Part shown: piece by piece, positions 52,201 through 64,000 of the stretch | Position numbering within the stretch: position 1 is the stretch's first letter | Layout of the letters: each line of letters begins with the position of its first letter | Source of the DNA: Eledone cirrhosa | Lineage: Eukaryota | Assembly: GCA_964016885.1 (NCBI GenBank) | Contig: OZ024742.1 | Span: 164,982,001-165,046,000, forward strand | DNA: 64,000 bases | Direction of reading: 5' to 3' | Notes under the pieces: generated by a model | Databases searched by the model: none | Told to the model about the DNA's origin: nothing | The model's input: the letters and a program-made list of their open reading frames with translations, nothing else | Made by a program: the position numbers and the translations under genes

Positions 52201-52523
52201 CTCCCCCTGATTTTTTTTACAAATTATCTCCCCCTGATTTTTTTTTACAAATTATCTCCCCCTGATTTTTTTACAAATTATCTCCCCCTGATTTTTTTTA
52301 CAAATTATCTCCGCCTGATTTTTTTAAATATTATCTTCCCTTGGCTGGCGGGAAATTATCTCCCCTTGGACGGCTGATAATTATCTCCCCTTGGACGGCT
52401 GGAAATTATCTCCCCTTGATTTTTTTTACAAATTATCTCCCCCTGATTTTTTTTTACAAATTATCTCCCCCTGATTTTTTTTACAAATTATCTCCGCCTG
52501 ATTTTTTTAAATATTATCTTCCC
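43268..52523 (+). repeat. ~9.3-9.5 kb higher-order repeat, copy 2 (9,256 bp)
   Basis: Shares private variants with copy 1: TTAGACGG (~36751/46217), GGCTAGCTGG (37974/47440), TTGGTCGG (~38727/48193), GCTGATAATT (~43117/52373). Confidence 0.9.
48891..49308 (+). repeat. Divergent-monomer cassette, copy 3
   Basis: Near-identical to copy 2 at offset 9,466. One visible difference is GGAGGGTTGG near 49010. Confidence 0.92.
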
Positions 52524-55500
52524 TTGGCTGGCTGGAAATTATCTCCCCTTGGAGGCTGGAATTTATCTCCCCTTGGACGGCTAGAAATTACCTCTCCTTG
52601 GACGGCTGGAAAATATTTCTCCTTGGACGGCTGGATATTATCTACCCTTGGACGGGTGGAAATTATCTCCCCTTGGACGGCTGGAAATTATCTCCCCTTG
52701 GACGGCTAGATATTACCTCCCCTTGGACGACTGGAAATTATCTCCCCTTGATTTTTTTTACAAATTATCTCCCCCTGATTTTTTTTTTACAAATTATCTC
52801 CCCCTGATTTTTTTACAAATTATCTCCCCCTGATTTTTTTTACAAATTATCTCCGCCTGATTTTTTTAAATATTATCTTCTCTTGGCTGGCGGGAAATTA
52901 TCTCCCCTTGGACGGCTGAAAATTATCTCCCCTTGGACGGCTGGAAATTATCTCCCCTTGATTTTTTTTACAAATTATCTCCCCCTGATTTTTTTTAAAA
53001 AATTATCTCCCCCTGATTTTTTTTTACAAATTATCTCCCCCTGATTTTTTTTTACAAATTATCTCCCCCTGATTTTTTTTACAAATTATCTCCCCCTGAT
53101 TTTTTTACAAATTATCTCCCCTTGGCTGGCTGGAAATTATCTCCCCTTGGACACTGTAAATTATAGCCCCTTGGAGGGCTGGAAATTATCTTACCTTGGA
53201 CGGCTGGAAATTATCTCTGCTTGATTTTTTTTACAAATTATCTCCCCCTGATTTTTTTTTACAAATTATCCCCCCCGATTTTTTTTACAAATTATCTCCC
53301 CCTGATTTTTTTTACAAATTATCTCCCCTTGGACGGCTGGAAATTATCTCCCCTTGGACGGCTGGAAATTATCTCTCCTTGGACGGCTAGAAATTACCTC
53401 TCCTTGGACGACTGAAAATTATCTCCCCTTGGACGGCTGCAAATTATCTCCCCTTGATTTCTTTTACAAATTATCTCCGCCTGATTTTTTTTTTAAAATT
53501 ATCTCCCCTTGGACGGCTGGAAATTACCTCCCCTTGGACGGCTGGAAATTATCTCCCCTTGGACGGCTAGAAATTACCTCTCATTGGACGGCTGAAAATT
53601 ATCTCCCCTTGGACGGCTGGAAATTATCTCCCCTTGATTTTTTTTACAAATTATCTCCCCCTGATTTTTTTTTTACAAATTATCTCCGCCTGATTTTTTT
53701 TTAAAATTATCTCTCCTTGGACGGCTGGATATTATCTCCCCTTTCATTTTTTTTACAAATTATCTCCCCCTGATTTTTTTTTACAAATTATCTCCCCCTG
53801 ATTTTTTTTTACAAATTATCTACCCCTAATTTTTTTTTACAAATTATCTCCCCCTGATTTTTTTTACAAATTATCTCCCCCTGATTTTTTTTTTACAAAT
53901 TATCTCCCCCTGATTTTTTTACAAATTATCTCCCCCTGATTTTTTTTACAAATTATCTCCGCCTGATTTTTTTAAATATTATCTTCTCTTGGCTGGCGGG
54001 AAATTATCTCCCCTTGGACGGCTGAAAATTATCTCCCCTTGGACGGCTGGAAATTATCTCCCCTTGATTTTTTTTACAAATTATCTCCCCCTGATTTTTT
54101 TTTACAAATTATCTCCCCCTGATTTTTTTTTACAAATTATCTCCCCCTGATTTTTTTTTACAAATTATCTCCCCCTGATTTTTTTTACAAATTATCTCCC
54201 CCTGATTTTTTTACAAATTATCTCCCCTTGGCTGGCTGGAAATTATCTCCCCTTGGAGGCTGGAATTTATCTCCCCTTGGACGGCTAGAAATTACCTCTC
54301 CTTGGACGGCTGGAAAATATGTCCTTGGACGGCTGGATATTATCTACCCTTGGACGGCTGGAAATTATCTCCCCTTGGACGGCTGGAAATTATCTCCCCT
54401 TGGACGGCTAGATATTACCTCCCCTTGGACGGCTGGAAATTATCTCCCCTTGATTTTTTTTACAAATTATCTCCCCCTGATTTTTTTTTACAAATTATCT
54501 CCCCCTGATTTTTTTTTACAAATTATCTCCGCCTGATTTTTTTTTACAAATTATCTCCCCCTAATTTTTTTTACAAATTATCTCTCCCTGATCTTTTTTT
54601 ACAAATTATCTCCCCCTGATTTTTTTTTACCAATTATCTACCCCTGATTTTTTTTTACAAATTATCTCCCCCTTATTTTTTTTACAAATTATCTCCCCCT
54701 GATTTTTTTTACAAATTATCTCCCCCTGATTTTTTTACAAATTATCTCCCCCCGATTTTTTTTACAAATTATATCCGCCTAATTTTTTAAATATTATCTA
54801 TCCTTGGCTGGCGGGAAATTATCTCCCCTTGGACGGCTGAAAATTTTCTCCCCTTGGACGGCTGGAAATTATCTCCCCTTGATTTTTTTACAAATTATCT
54901 CCCCCTGATTATTTTTTACAAATTATCTCCCCCTGATTTTTTTTTACAAATTATCTCCCTCTGATTTTTTTTACAAATTATCTCCCCTTGGCTGGCTGGA
55001 AATTATCTCCCCTTGGAGGCTGGAATTTATCTCCCCTTGGACGGTTAGAAATTACCTCTCCTTGGACTGCTGGAAAATATGTCTCCTTGGACGGCTGGAA
55101 ATTATCTCCCCTTGGACGGCTGGAAATTATCTCCCCTTGGACGGCTGGAAATTATCTCTCCTCGGACGACTAGAAATTACCTCTCCTTGGACAGCTGAAA
55201 ATTATCTCCCCTTGGACGGCTGGAAATTATCTCCCCTTGATTTTTTTTACAAATTATCTCCCCCTGATTTATTTTACAAATTATCTCCCCCTGATTTTTT
55301 TTTACAAATTATCTCCCCCTGATTTTTTTTACAAATTATCTCCCCCTGATATTTTTTACAAATTATCTCCCCCTGATTTTTTTACAAATTATCTCCCCTT
55401 GGCTGGCTGGAAATTATCTACCCTTGGAGGCTGGAATTTATCTCCCCTTGGACGGCTAGAAATTACCTCGCCTTGGACGGCTGGAAAATATGTCTCCTTG

Positions 55501-58500
55501 GACGGCTGGAAATTATCTCCCCTTGGACGGCTGGAAATTATCTCCCCTTGGACGGCTGGAAATTATCTCCCCTTGGACGGCTAGATATTACCTCCCCTTG
55601 GACGGCTGGAAATTATCTCCCCTTGATTTTTTTTACAAATTATCTCCCCCTGATTTTTTTTTACAAATTATCTCCCCCTGATTTTTTTTTACGAAGTATC
55701 TCCCCCTGATTTTTTTTTACAAATTATCTCCGCCTGATTTTTTTTAAAAAATTATCTCCCCTTGAACGGCTGGAAATTATCTCCCCTTGGACGGCTGGAA
55801 ATTATCTCCCCTTGGACGGCTAGAAATTACCTCTCCTTGGACGGCTGAAAATTATCTCCCATTGGACGGCTGCAAATTATCTCCCCTTGATTTTTTAACA
55901 AATTATCTCCCCCTGATTTTTTTTTACAAATTATCTCCCCCTGATTTTTTTTACAAATTATCTCCCCCTGATTTTTTTTATACAAATTATCTCCCCCTGA
56001 TTTTTTTTACAAATTATCTCCCCCTGATTTTTTTTTACAAATTATTTCCCCCTGATTTTTTTACAAATTATCTCCCCCCTGATTTTTTTTACAATCTCCG
56101 CCTGATTTTTTTAAAAATTATCTTCCCTTGGCTGGCGGGAAATTATCTCCCCTTGGACGGCTGGAAATTATATCCCCTTGGAAGGATGGAAATTATCTCC
56201 CCTTGGACGGCTGGAAATTATCTCCCCTTGGACGGCTGGAAATTATCTCCCCTTGGACAGCTGGAAATTATCTGTCCTTGATTTTGTTTTTACAAATTAT
56301 CTCCCCCTGATTTTTTTTACAAATTATCTCCACCTGATTTTTTAAAAAATTATCTCCCCTTGGACGGCTGGAAATTATCTCCCCTTGATTTTTTTTACAA
56401 ATTATCTCCCCCTGATTTTTTTTTACAAATTATCTCCCCCTGATTTTTTTTTACAAATTATCTCCCCCTGATATTTTTTACAAATTATCTCCCCCTGATT
56501 TTTTTACAAATTATCTCCCCTTGGCTGGCTGGAAATTATCTCCCCTTGGAGGCTGGAATTTATCTCCCCTTGGACGGCTAGAAATTACCTCGCCTTGGAC
56601 GGCTGGAAAATATGTCTCCTTGGACGGCTGGAAATTATCTCCCCTTGGACGGCTGGAAATTATCTCCCCTTGGACAGCTGGAAATTATCTCCCCTTGGAC
56701 GGCTAGATATTACCTCCCCTTGGACGGCTGGAAATTATCTCCCCTTGATTTTTTTTACAAATTATCTCCCCCTGATTTTTTTTTACAAATTATCTCCCCC
56801 TGATTTTTTTTACGAATTATCTCCCCCCGATTTTTTTTACAAATTATCTCCGGCTGATTTTTTTTTAAAAATTATCTCCCCTTGAACGGCTGGAAATTAT
56901 CTCCCCTTGGACGGCTGGAAATTATCTCCCCTTGGACGGCTAGAAATTACCTCTCCTTGGACGGCTGAAAATTATCTCCCCTTGGACGGCTGCAAATTAT
57001 CTCCCCTTGATTTTTTAACAAATTATCTCCCCCTGATTTTTTTTTACAAATTATCTCCCCCTGATTTTTTTTTACAAATTATCTCCCCCTGATTTTTTTT
57101 TACAAATTATCTCCCCCTGATTTTTTTACAAATTATCTCCCCCTGATTTTTTTTACAATCTCCGCCTGATTTTTTAAAAAATTATCTTCCCTTGGCTGGC
57201 GGGAAATTATCTCCCCTTGGACGGCTGGAAATTATCTCCCCTTGGACGGCTGGAAATTATCTCCCCTTGGACAGCTGGAAATTATCTGCCCTTGATTTTG
57301 TTTTTACAAATTATCTCCCCCTGATTTTTTTTACAAATTATCTCCACCTGATTTTTTAAAAAATTATCTCCCCTTGGACGGCTGGAAATTATCTCCCCTT
57401 GATTTTTTTACAAATTATCTCCCCCTGATTTTTTTTACAAATTATCTCCCCCTGATTTTATGTTACAAATTATCTCCCCCTGATTTTTTTACAAATTATC
57501 TCCCCCTGATTTTTTTTACAAATTATCTCCGCCTGATTTTTTTAAATATTATCTTCCCTTGGCTGGCGGGAAATTATCTCCCCTTGGACGGCTGGAAATT
57601 ATCTCCCCTTGATTTTTTTTACAAATTATCTCCCCCTGATTTTTTTTTACAAATTATCTCCCCCTGATTTTTTTTTACAAATTATCTCCCCCTGATTTTT
57701 TTTTACAAATTATCTCCCCCTGATTTTTTTTTACAAATCTCCCCCTGATTTTTTTATAAATTATCTCCCCTTGGCTGGCTGGAAATTATCTCCCCTTGGA
57801 GGCTGGAATTTATCTCCCCTTGGACGGCTAGAAATTACCTCTCCTTGGATGGCTGGAAAATATGTCTCCTTGGACGGCTGGATATTATCTACCCTTGGAC
57901 GGCTGGAAATTATCTCCCCTTGGACGGCTGGAAATTATCTCCCCTTGGACGGCTAGATATTACCTCCCATTGGACGGCTGGAAATTATCTCCCCTTGATT
58001 TTTTTTACTAATTATCTCCCCCTGATTTTTTTTTACGAATTATCTCCCCCTGATTTTTTTTTACAAATTATCTCCGCCTGATTTTTTTTTTAAAATTATC
58101 TCCCCTTGAACGGCTGGAAATTATCTCCCCTTGGACGGCTGGAAATTATCTCCCCTTGGACGGCTAGAAATTACCTCTCCTTGGACGGCTGAAAATTATC
58201 TCCCCTTGGACGGCTGCAAATTATCTCCCCTTGATTTTTTTAACAAATTATCTCCCCCTGATTTTTTTTTACAAATTATCTCCCCCTGATTTTTTTTTAC
58301 AAATTATCTACGCCTAATTTTTTTTACAAATTATCTCCCCCTGATTTTTTTTTACAAATTATCTCCCCCTGATTTTTTTTACAAATTATCTCCCCCTGAT
58401 TTTTTTTACAAATTATCTCCCCCTGATTTTTTTACAAATTATCTCCCCCCTGATTTTTTTTACAATCTCCGCCTGATTTTTTTAAAAATTATCTTCCCTT

Positions 58501-61500
58501 GGCTGGCGGGAAATTATCTCCCCTTGGACGGCTGGAAATTATATCCCCTTGGAAGGATGGAAATTATCTCCCCTTGGACGGCTGGAAATTATCTCCCCTT
58601 GGACGGCTGGAAATTACCTCCCCTTGGACAGCTGGAAATTATCTGCCCTTGATTTTGTTTTTACAAATTATCTCCCCCTGATTTTTTTTACAAATTATCT
58701 CCACCTGATTTTTTAAAAAATTATCTCCCCTTGGACGGCTGGAAATTATCTCCCCTTGGACGGCTGGAAATTATCTCCCCTTGATTTTTTTTACAAATTA
58801 TCTCCCCCTGATTTTTTTTTACAAATTATCTCCCCCTGATTTTTTTTACAAATTATCTCCCCCTGATTTTTTTTTACAAATTATTTCCCCCTGATTTTTT
58901 TACAAATTATCTCCCCCCTGATTTTTTTTACAATCTCCGCCTGATTTTTTTAAAAATTATCTTCCCTTGGCTGGCGGGAAATTATCTCCCCTTGGACGGC
59001 TGGAAATTATATCCCCTTGGAAGGATGGAAATTATCTCCCCTTGGACGGCTGGAAATTATCTCCCCTTGGACGGCTGGAAATTATCTCCCCTTGGACAGC
59101 TGGAAATTATCTGCCCTTGATTTTGTTTTTACAAATTATCTCCCCCTGATTTTTTTTACAAATTATCTCCACCTGATTTTTTAAAAAATTATCTCCCCTT
59201 GGACGGCTGGAAATTATCTCCCCTTGATTTTTTTTACAAATTATCTCCCCCTGATTTTTTTTTACAAATTATCTCCCCCTGATTTTTTTTTACAAATTAT
59301 CTCCCCCTGATTTTTTTTTACAAATTATCTCACCCTGATTTTTTTTACAAATTATCTCTCCCTGATTTTTTTACAAATTATCTCCCCTTGGCTGGCTGGA
59401 AATTATCTCCCCTTGGAGGCTGGAATTTATCTCCCCTTGGACGGCTAGAAATTACCTCTCCTTGGACGGCTGGAAAATATGTCTCCTTGGACGGCTGGAT
59501 ATTATCTACCCTTGGACGGCTGGAAATTATCTCCCCTTGGACGGCTGGAAATTATCTCCTCTTGGACGGCTAGATATTACCTCCCCTTGGACGGCTGGAA
59601 ATTATCTCCCCTTGATTTTTTTACAAATTATCTCCCCCTGATTTTTTTACAAATTATCTCCCCCTGATTTTTTTTACAAATTATCTCCGCCTAATTTTTT
59701 TAAATATTATCTTCCCTTGGCTGGCGGGAAATTATCTCCCCTTGGACGGCTGAAAATTATCTCCCCTTGGACGGCTGGAATTTATCTCCCCTTGGACGGC
59801 TAGAAATTACCTCTCCTTGGAAGGCTGGAAAATATGTCCTTGGACGGCTGGATATTATCTACCCTTGGACGGCTGGAAATTATCTCCCCTTGGACGGCTG
59901 GAAATTATCTCCCCTTGGACGGCTAGATATTACCTCCCCTTGGACGGCTGAAAATTATCTCCCCTTGGACGGCTGGAAATTATCTCCCCTTGATTTTTTT
60001 TACAAATTATCTCCCCCTGATTATTTTTTACAAATTATCCCCTGATTTTTTTTTTACAAATTATCTCCCCCTGATTTTTTTTACAAATTATCTCCCCCTG
60101 ATTTTTTTACAAATTATCTCCCCTTGGCTGGCTGGAAATTATCTCCCATTGGAGGCTGGAATTTATCTCCCCTTGGACGGTTAGAAATTACCTCCCCTTG
60201 GACGGCTGAAAAATATGTCTCCTTGGACGGCTGGAAATTATCGCCCCTTGGACGGCTGGAAATTATCTCCCCTTGGACGGCTGGAAATTATCTCTCATCG
60301 GACGGCTAGAAATTACTTCTCCTTGGACAGCTGAAAATTATCTCCCCTTGGACGGCTGGAAATTATCTCCCCTTGATTTTTTTTACAAATTATCTCCCCC
60401 TGATTTTTTTTTACAAATTATCTCCCCCTGATTTTTTTTTACAAATTATCTCCCCCTGATTTTTTTTTACAAATTATCTCCCCCTGATATTTTTTACAAA
60501 TTATCTCCCCCTGATTTTTTTACAAATTATCTCCCCTTGGCTGGCTGGAAATTATCTCCCCTTGGAGGCTGGAATTTATCTCCCCTTGGACGGCTAGAAA
60601 TTACCTCGCCTTGGACGGCTGGAAAATATGTCTCCTTGGACGGCTGGAAATTATCTCCCCTTGGACGGCTGGAAATTATCTCCCCTTGGACAGCTGGAAA
60701 TTATCTCCCCTTGGACGGCTAGATATTACCTCCCCTTGGACGGCTGGAAATTATCTCCCCTTGATTTTTTTTACAAATTATCTCCCCCTGATTTTTTTTT
60801 ACAAATTATCTCCCCCTGATTTTTTTTTACGAATTATCTCCCCCCGATTTTTTTTTACAAATTATCTCCCCTTGAACGGCTGGAAATTATCTCCCCTTGG
60901 ACGGCTGGAAATTATCTCCCCTTGGACGGCTAGAAATTACCTCTCCTTGGACGGCTGAAAATTATCTCCCCTTGGACGGCTGCAAATTATCTCCCCTTGA
61001 TTTTTTAACAAATTATCTCCCCCTGATTTTTTTTTACAAATTATCTCCCCCTGATTTTTTTTTACAAATTATCTCCCCCTGATTTTTTTTTACAAATTAT
61101 CTCCCCCTGATTTTTTTACAAATTATCTCCCCCTGATTTTTTTTACAATCTCCGCCTGATTTTTTAAAAAATTATCTTCCCTTGGCTGGCGGGAAATTAT
61201 CTCCCCTTGGACGGCTGGAAATCATCTCCCCTTGGAGGGCTGGAAATTATCTCCCCTTGGACAGCTGGAAATTATCTGCCCTTGATTTTGTTTTTACAAA
61301 TTATCTCCCCCTGATTTTTTTTACAAATTATCTCCACCTGATTTTTTAAAAAATTATCTCCCCTTGGACGGCTGGAAATTATCTCCCCTTGATTTTTTTA
61401 CAAATTATCTCCCCCTGATTTTTTTTACAAATTATCTCCCCCTGATTTTATGTTACAAATTATCTCCCCCTGATTTTTTTACAAATTATCTCCCCCTGAT

Positions 61501-64000
61501 TTTTTTTACAAATTATCTCCGCCTGATTTTTTTAAATATTATCTTCCCTTGGCTGGCGGGAAATTATCTCCCCTTGGACGGCTGGAAATTATCTCCCCTT
61601 GATTTTTTTTACAAATTATCTCCCCCTGATTTTTTTTTACAAATTATCTCCCCCTGATTTTTTTTTACAAATTATCTCCCCCTGATTTTTTTTACAAATT
61701 ATCTCCCCCTGATTTTTTTTTACAAATCTCCCCCTGATTTTTTTATAAATTATCTCCCCTTGGCTGGCTGGAAATTATCTCCCCTTGGAGGCTGGAATTT
61801 ATCTCCCCTTGGACGGCTAGAAATTACCTCTCCTTGGATGGCTGGAAAATATGTCTCCTTGGACGGCTGGATATTATCTACCCTTGGACGGCTGGAAATT
61901 ATCTCCCCTTGGACGGCTGGAAATTATCTCCCCTTGGACGGCTAGATATTACCTCCCATTGGACGGCTGGAAATTATCTCCCCTTGATTTTTTTTACAAA
62001 TTATCTCCCCCTGATTTTTTTTTACGAATTATCTCCCCCTGATTTTTTTTTACAAATTATCTCCGCCTGATTTTTTTTTTTAAATTATCTCCCCTTGAAC
62101 GGCTGGAAATTATCTCCCCTTGGACGGCTGGAAATTATCTCCCCTTGGACGGCTAGAAATTACCTCTCCTTGGACGGCTGAAAATTATCTCCCCTTGGAC
62201 GGCTGCAAATTATCTCCCCTTGATTTTTTTAACAAATTATCTCCCCCTGATTTTTTTTTACAAATTATCTCCCCCTGATTTTTTTTACAAATTATCTACG
62301 CCTAATTTTTTTTACAAATTATCTTCCCCTGATTTTTTTTTACAAATTATCTCCCCCTGATTTTTTTTACAAATTATCTCCCCTTGGCTGGCTGGAAATT
62401 ATCTCCCCTTGGAGGCTGGAATTTATCTCCCCTTGGACGGTTAGAAATTACCTCTCCTTGGACTGCTGGAAAATATGTCTCCTTGGACGGCTGGAAATTA
62501 TCTCCCCTTGGACGGCTGGAAATTATCTCCCCTTGGACGGCTGGAAATTATCTCTCCTCGGACGACTAGAAATTACCTCTCCTTGGACAGCTGAAAATTA
62601 TCTCCCCTTGGACGGCTGGAAATTATCTCCCCTTGATTTTTTTTACAAATTATCTCCCCCTGATTTATTTTACAAATTATCTCCCCCTGATTTTTTTTTA
62701 CAAATTATCTCCCCCTGATTTTTTTTACAAATTATCTCCCCCTGATATTTTTTACAAATTATCTCCCCCTGATTTTTTTACAAATTATCTCCCCTTGGCT
62801 GGCTGGAAATTATCTACCCTTGGAGGCTGGAATTTATCTCCCCTTGGACGGCTAGAAATTACCTCGCCTTGGACGGCTGGAAAATATGTCTCCTTGGACG
62901 GCTGGAAATTATCTCCCCTTGGACGGCTGGAAATTATCTCCCCTTGGACGGCTGGAAATTATCTCCCCTTGGACGGCTAGATATTACCTCCCCTTGGACG
63001 GCTGGAAATTATCTCCCCTTGATTTTTTTTACAAATTATCTCCCCCTGATTTTTTTTTACAAATTATCTCCCCCTGATTTTTTTTTACGAAGTATCTCCC
63101 CCTGATTTTTTTTTACAAATTATCTCCGCCTGATTTTTTTTTAAAAATTATCTCCCCTTGAACGGCTGGAAATTATCTCCCCTTGGACGGCTGGAAATTA
63201 TCTCCCCTTGGACGGCTAGAAATTACCTCTCCTTGGACGGCTGAAAATTATCTCCCATTGGACGGCTGCAAATTATCTCCCCTTGATTTTTTAACAAATT
63301 ATCTCCCCCTGATTTTTTTTTACAAATTATCTCCCCCTGATTTTTTTTTACAAATTATCTACGCCTAATTTTTTTTACAAATTATCTCCCCCTGATTTTT
63401 TTTTACAAATTATCTCCCCCTGATTTTTTTTACAAATTATCTCCCCCTGATTTTTTTTTACAAATTATTTCCCCCTGATTTTTTTACAAATTATCTCCCC
63501 CCTGATTTTTTTTACAATCTCCGCCTGATTTTTTTAAAAATTATCTTCCCTTGGCTGGCGGGAAATTATCTCCCCTTGGAGGCTGGAATTTATCTCCCCT
63601 TGGACGGCTAGAAATTACCTCTCCTTGGACGGCTGGAAAATATGTCTCCTTGGACGGCTGGATATTATCTCCCCTTGGACGGCTGGAAATTATCTCCCCT
63701 TGATTTTTTTTACAAATTATCTCCCCCTGATTTTTTTTTACAAATTATCTCCCCCTGATTTTTTTTTACAAATTATCTCCCCCTGATATTTTTTACAAAT
63801 TATCTCCCCCTGATTTTTTTACAAATTATCTCCCCCTGATTTTTTTTACGAATTATCTCCCCCCGATTTTTTTTACAAATTATCTCCGGCTGATTTTTTT
63901 TTTAAAATTATCTCCCCTTGAACGGCTGGAAATTATCTCCCCTTGGACGGCTGGAAATTATCTCCCCTTGGACGGCTAGAAATTACCTCTCCTTGGACGG
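52524..64000 (+). repeat. Segment colinear with ~6.5-17.1 kb (return to the 8.7 kb HOR family)
   Basis: Marker pairs: 6588/52598, 7574/55237, 8492/56128, 10145/56521, 10817/57374, 12830/59388, 14988/61364, 16808/63183. The final ~430 bp are rearranged relative to 17.1 kb onward. Confidence 0.8.

Larger units (their letters stand above)
1..64000 (+). repeat. Composite two-monomer tandem satellite array (A: 25 bp AAATTATCTCCCCTTGGACGGCTGG; B: 26-28 bp AAATTATCTCCCCCTGA-T7..9-AC), running off both window ends
   Basis: The core AAATTATCTCCCCYTG, or a near variant, recurs every ~21-29 bp from the first line to the last, always in the same orientation. I saw no non-repeat segment. Confidence 0.99.

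Noticed and set aside
635-63368. Several hundred + strand ORFs of 60-248 aa (LDGWKLSPLGRLEIISPWTAGNYLP and FFYKLSPPD repeats)
   Set aside because: The consensus 25-bp A monomer has no stop codon on the + strand, so three units translate to a 25-aa cycle in every frame. The ORFs overlap in all frames, mostly start at the TTG of the core, and frameshift with T-run length. The minus strand has TAA in every core, which explains why no ORFs are listed there. No domain resemblance.
1-64000. CRISPR-like repeat-spacer appearance
   Set aside because: The constant part is only 16 bp and non-palindromic. The spacers are 9-12 bp and belong to just two recurring classes rather than being unique. There is no leader and no cas gene.
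1-64000. Telomerase-type repeat (25-bp units occur in some budding yeasts)
   Set aside because: No match to telomeric motifs I know. Two monomer types and multi-kb HORs indicate recombinational amplification rather than templated addition. A subtelomeric location is not excluded.
1-64000. G-quadruplex or i-motif potential from the C4-C5 runs
   Set aside because: The runs are separated by ~21-23 nt loops, too long for canonical stable structures. The GG doublets in A would give at best weak two-tier forms.
1-64000. A/B pattern as an information-storing code, or a synthetic or artefactual sequence
   Set aside because: The pattern is accounted for by nested duplication of a few block types, with lineage-consistent variants typical of natural satellite evolution. 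Nothing indicates a reader or writer system. HOR copy number could still be affected by assembly error.
1-64000. Embedded transposon, inversion or unique island
   Set aside because: On reading through, I found no reverse-orientation core (GGGGAGATAATTT on the + strand) and no stretch that cannot be derived from monomer A or B.

Overview
The entire 64 kb window is one uninterrupted, single-orientation tandem satellite array. I found no credible gene, RNA gene, transposon or unique sequence. It is built from two related monomers that share a 16-bp core, AAATTATCTCCCC(C/T)TG. Type A is 25 bp (core + GACGGCTGG, 52% GC, one CpG). Type B is usually 26-28 bp (core + A-T7..9-AC, about 30% GC). There are roughly 2,400-2,500 monomers in total (estimate: 64 kb / ~26 bp). 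A and B occur in alternating blocks, and the blocks fall into a few stereotyped classes with position-specific variants. The blocks are nested into higher-order repeats (HORs): ~0.41-0.47 kb doublets; ~4.0 + ~4.7 kb subunits forming an ~8.7-8.8 kb HOR (7.5-32 kb); a different ~9.3-9.5 kb HOR (33.8-52.5 kb); and a colinear recurrence of positions 1-17 kb at 47.5-63.6 kb, suggesting a ~46-47 kb super-period. All listed ORFs are artefacts of the stop-free A monomer; I used their coordinates only as markers to measure periods. The architecture resembles eukaryotic (peri)centromeric or subtelomeric satellite DNA, but I cannot name the organism or family, and any function is inference. The interest is in the repeat architecture, not in a protein-coding system.
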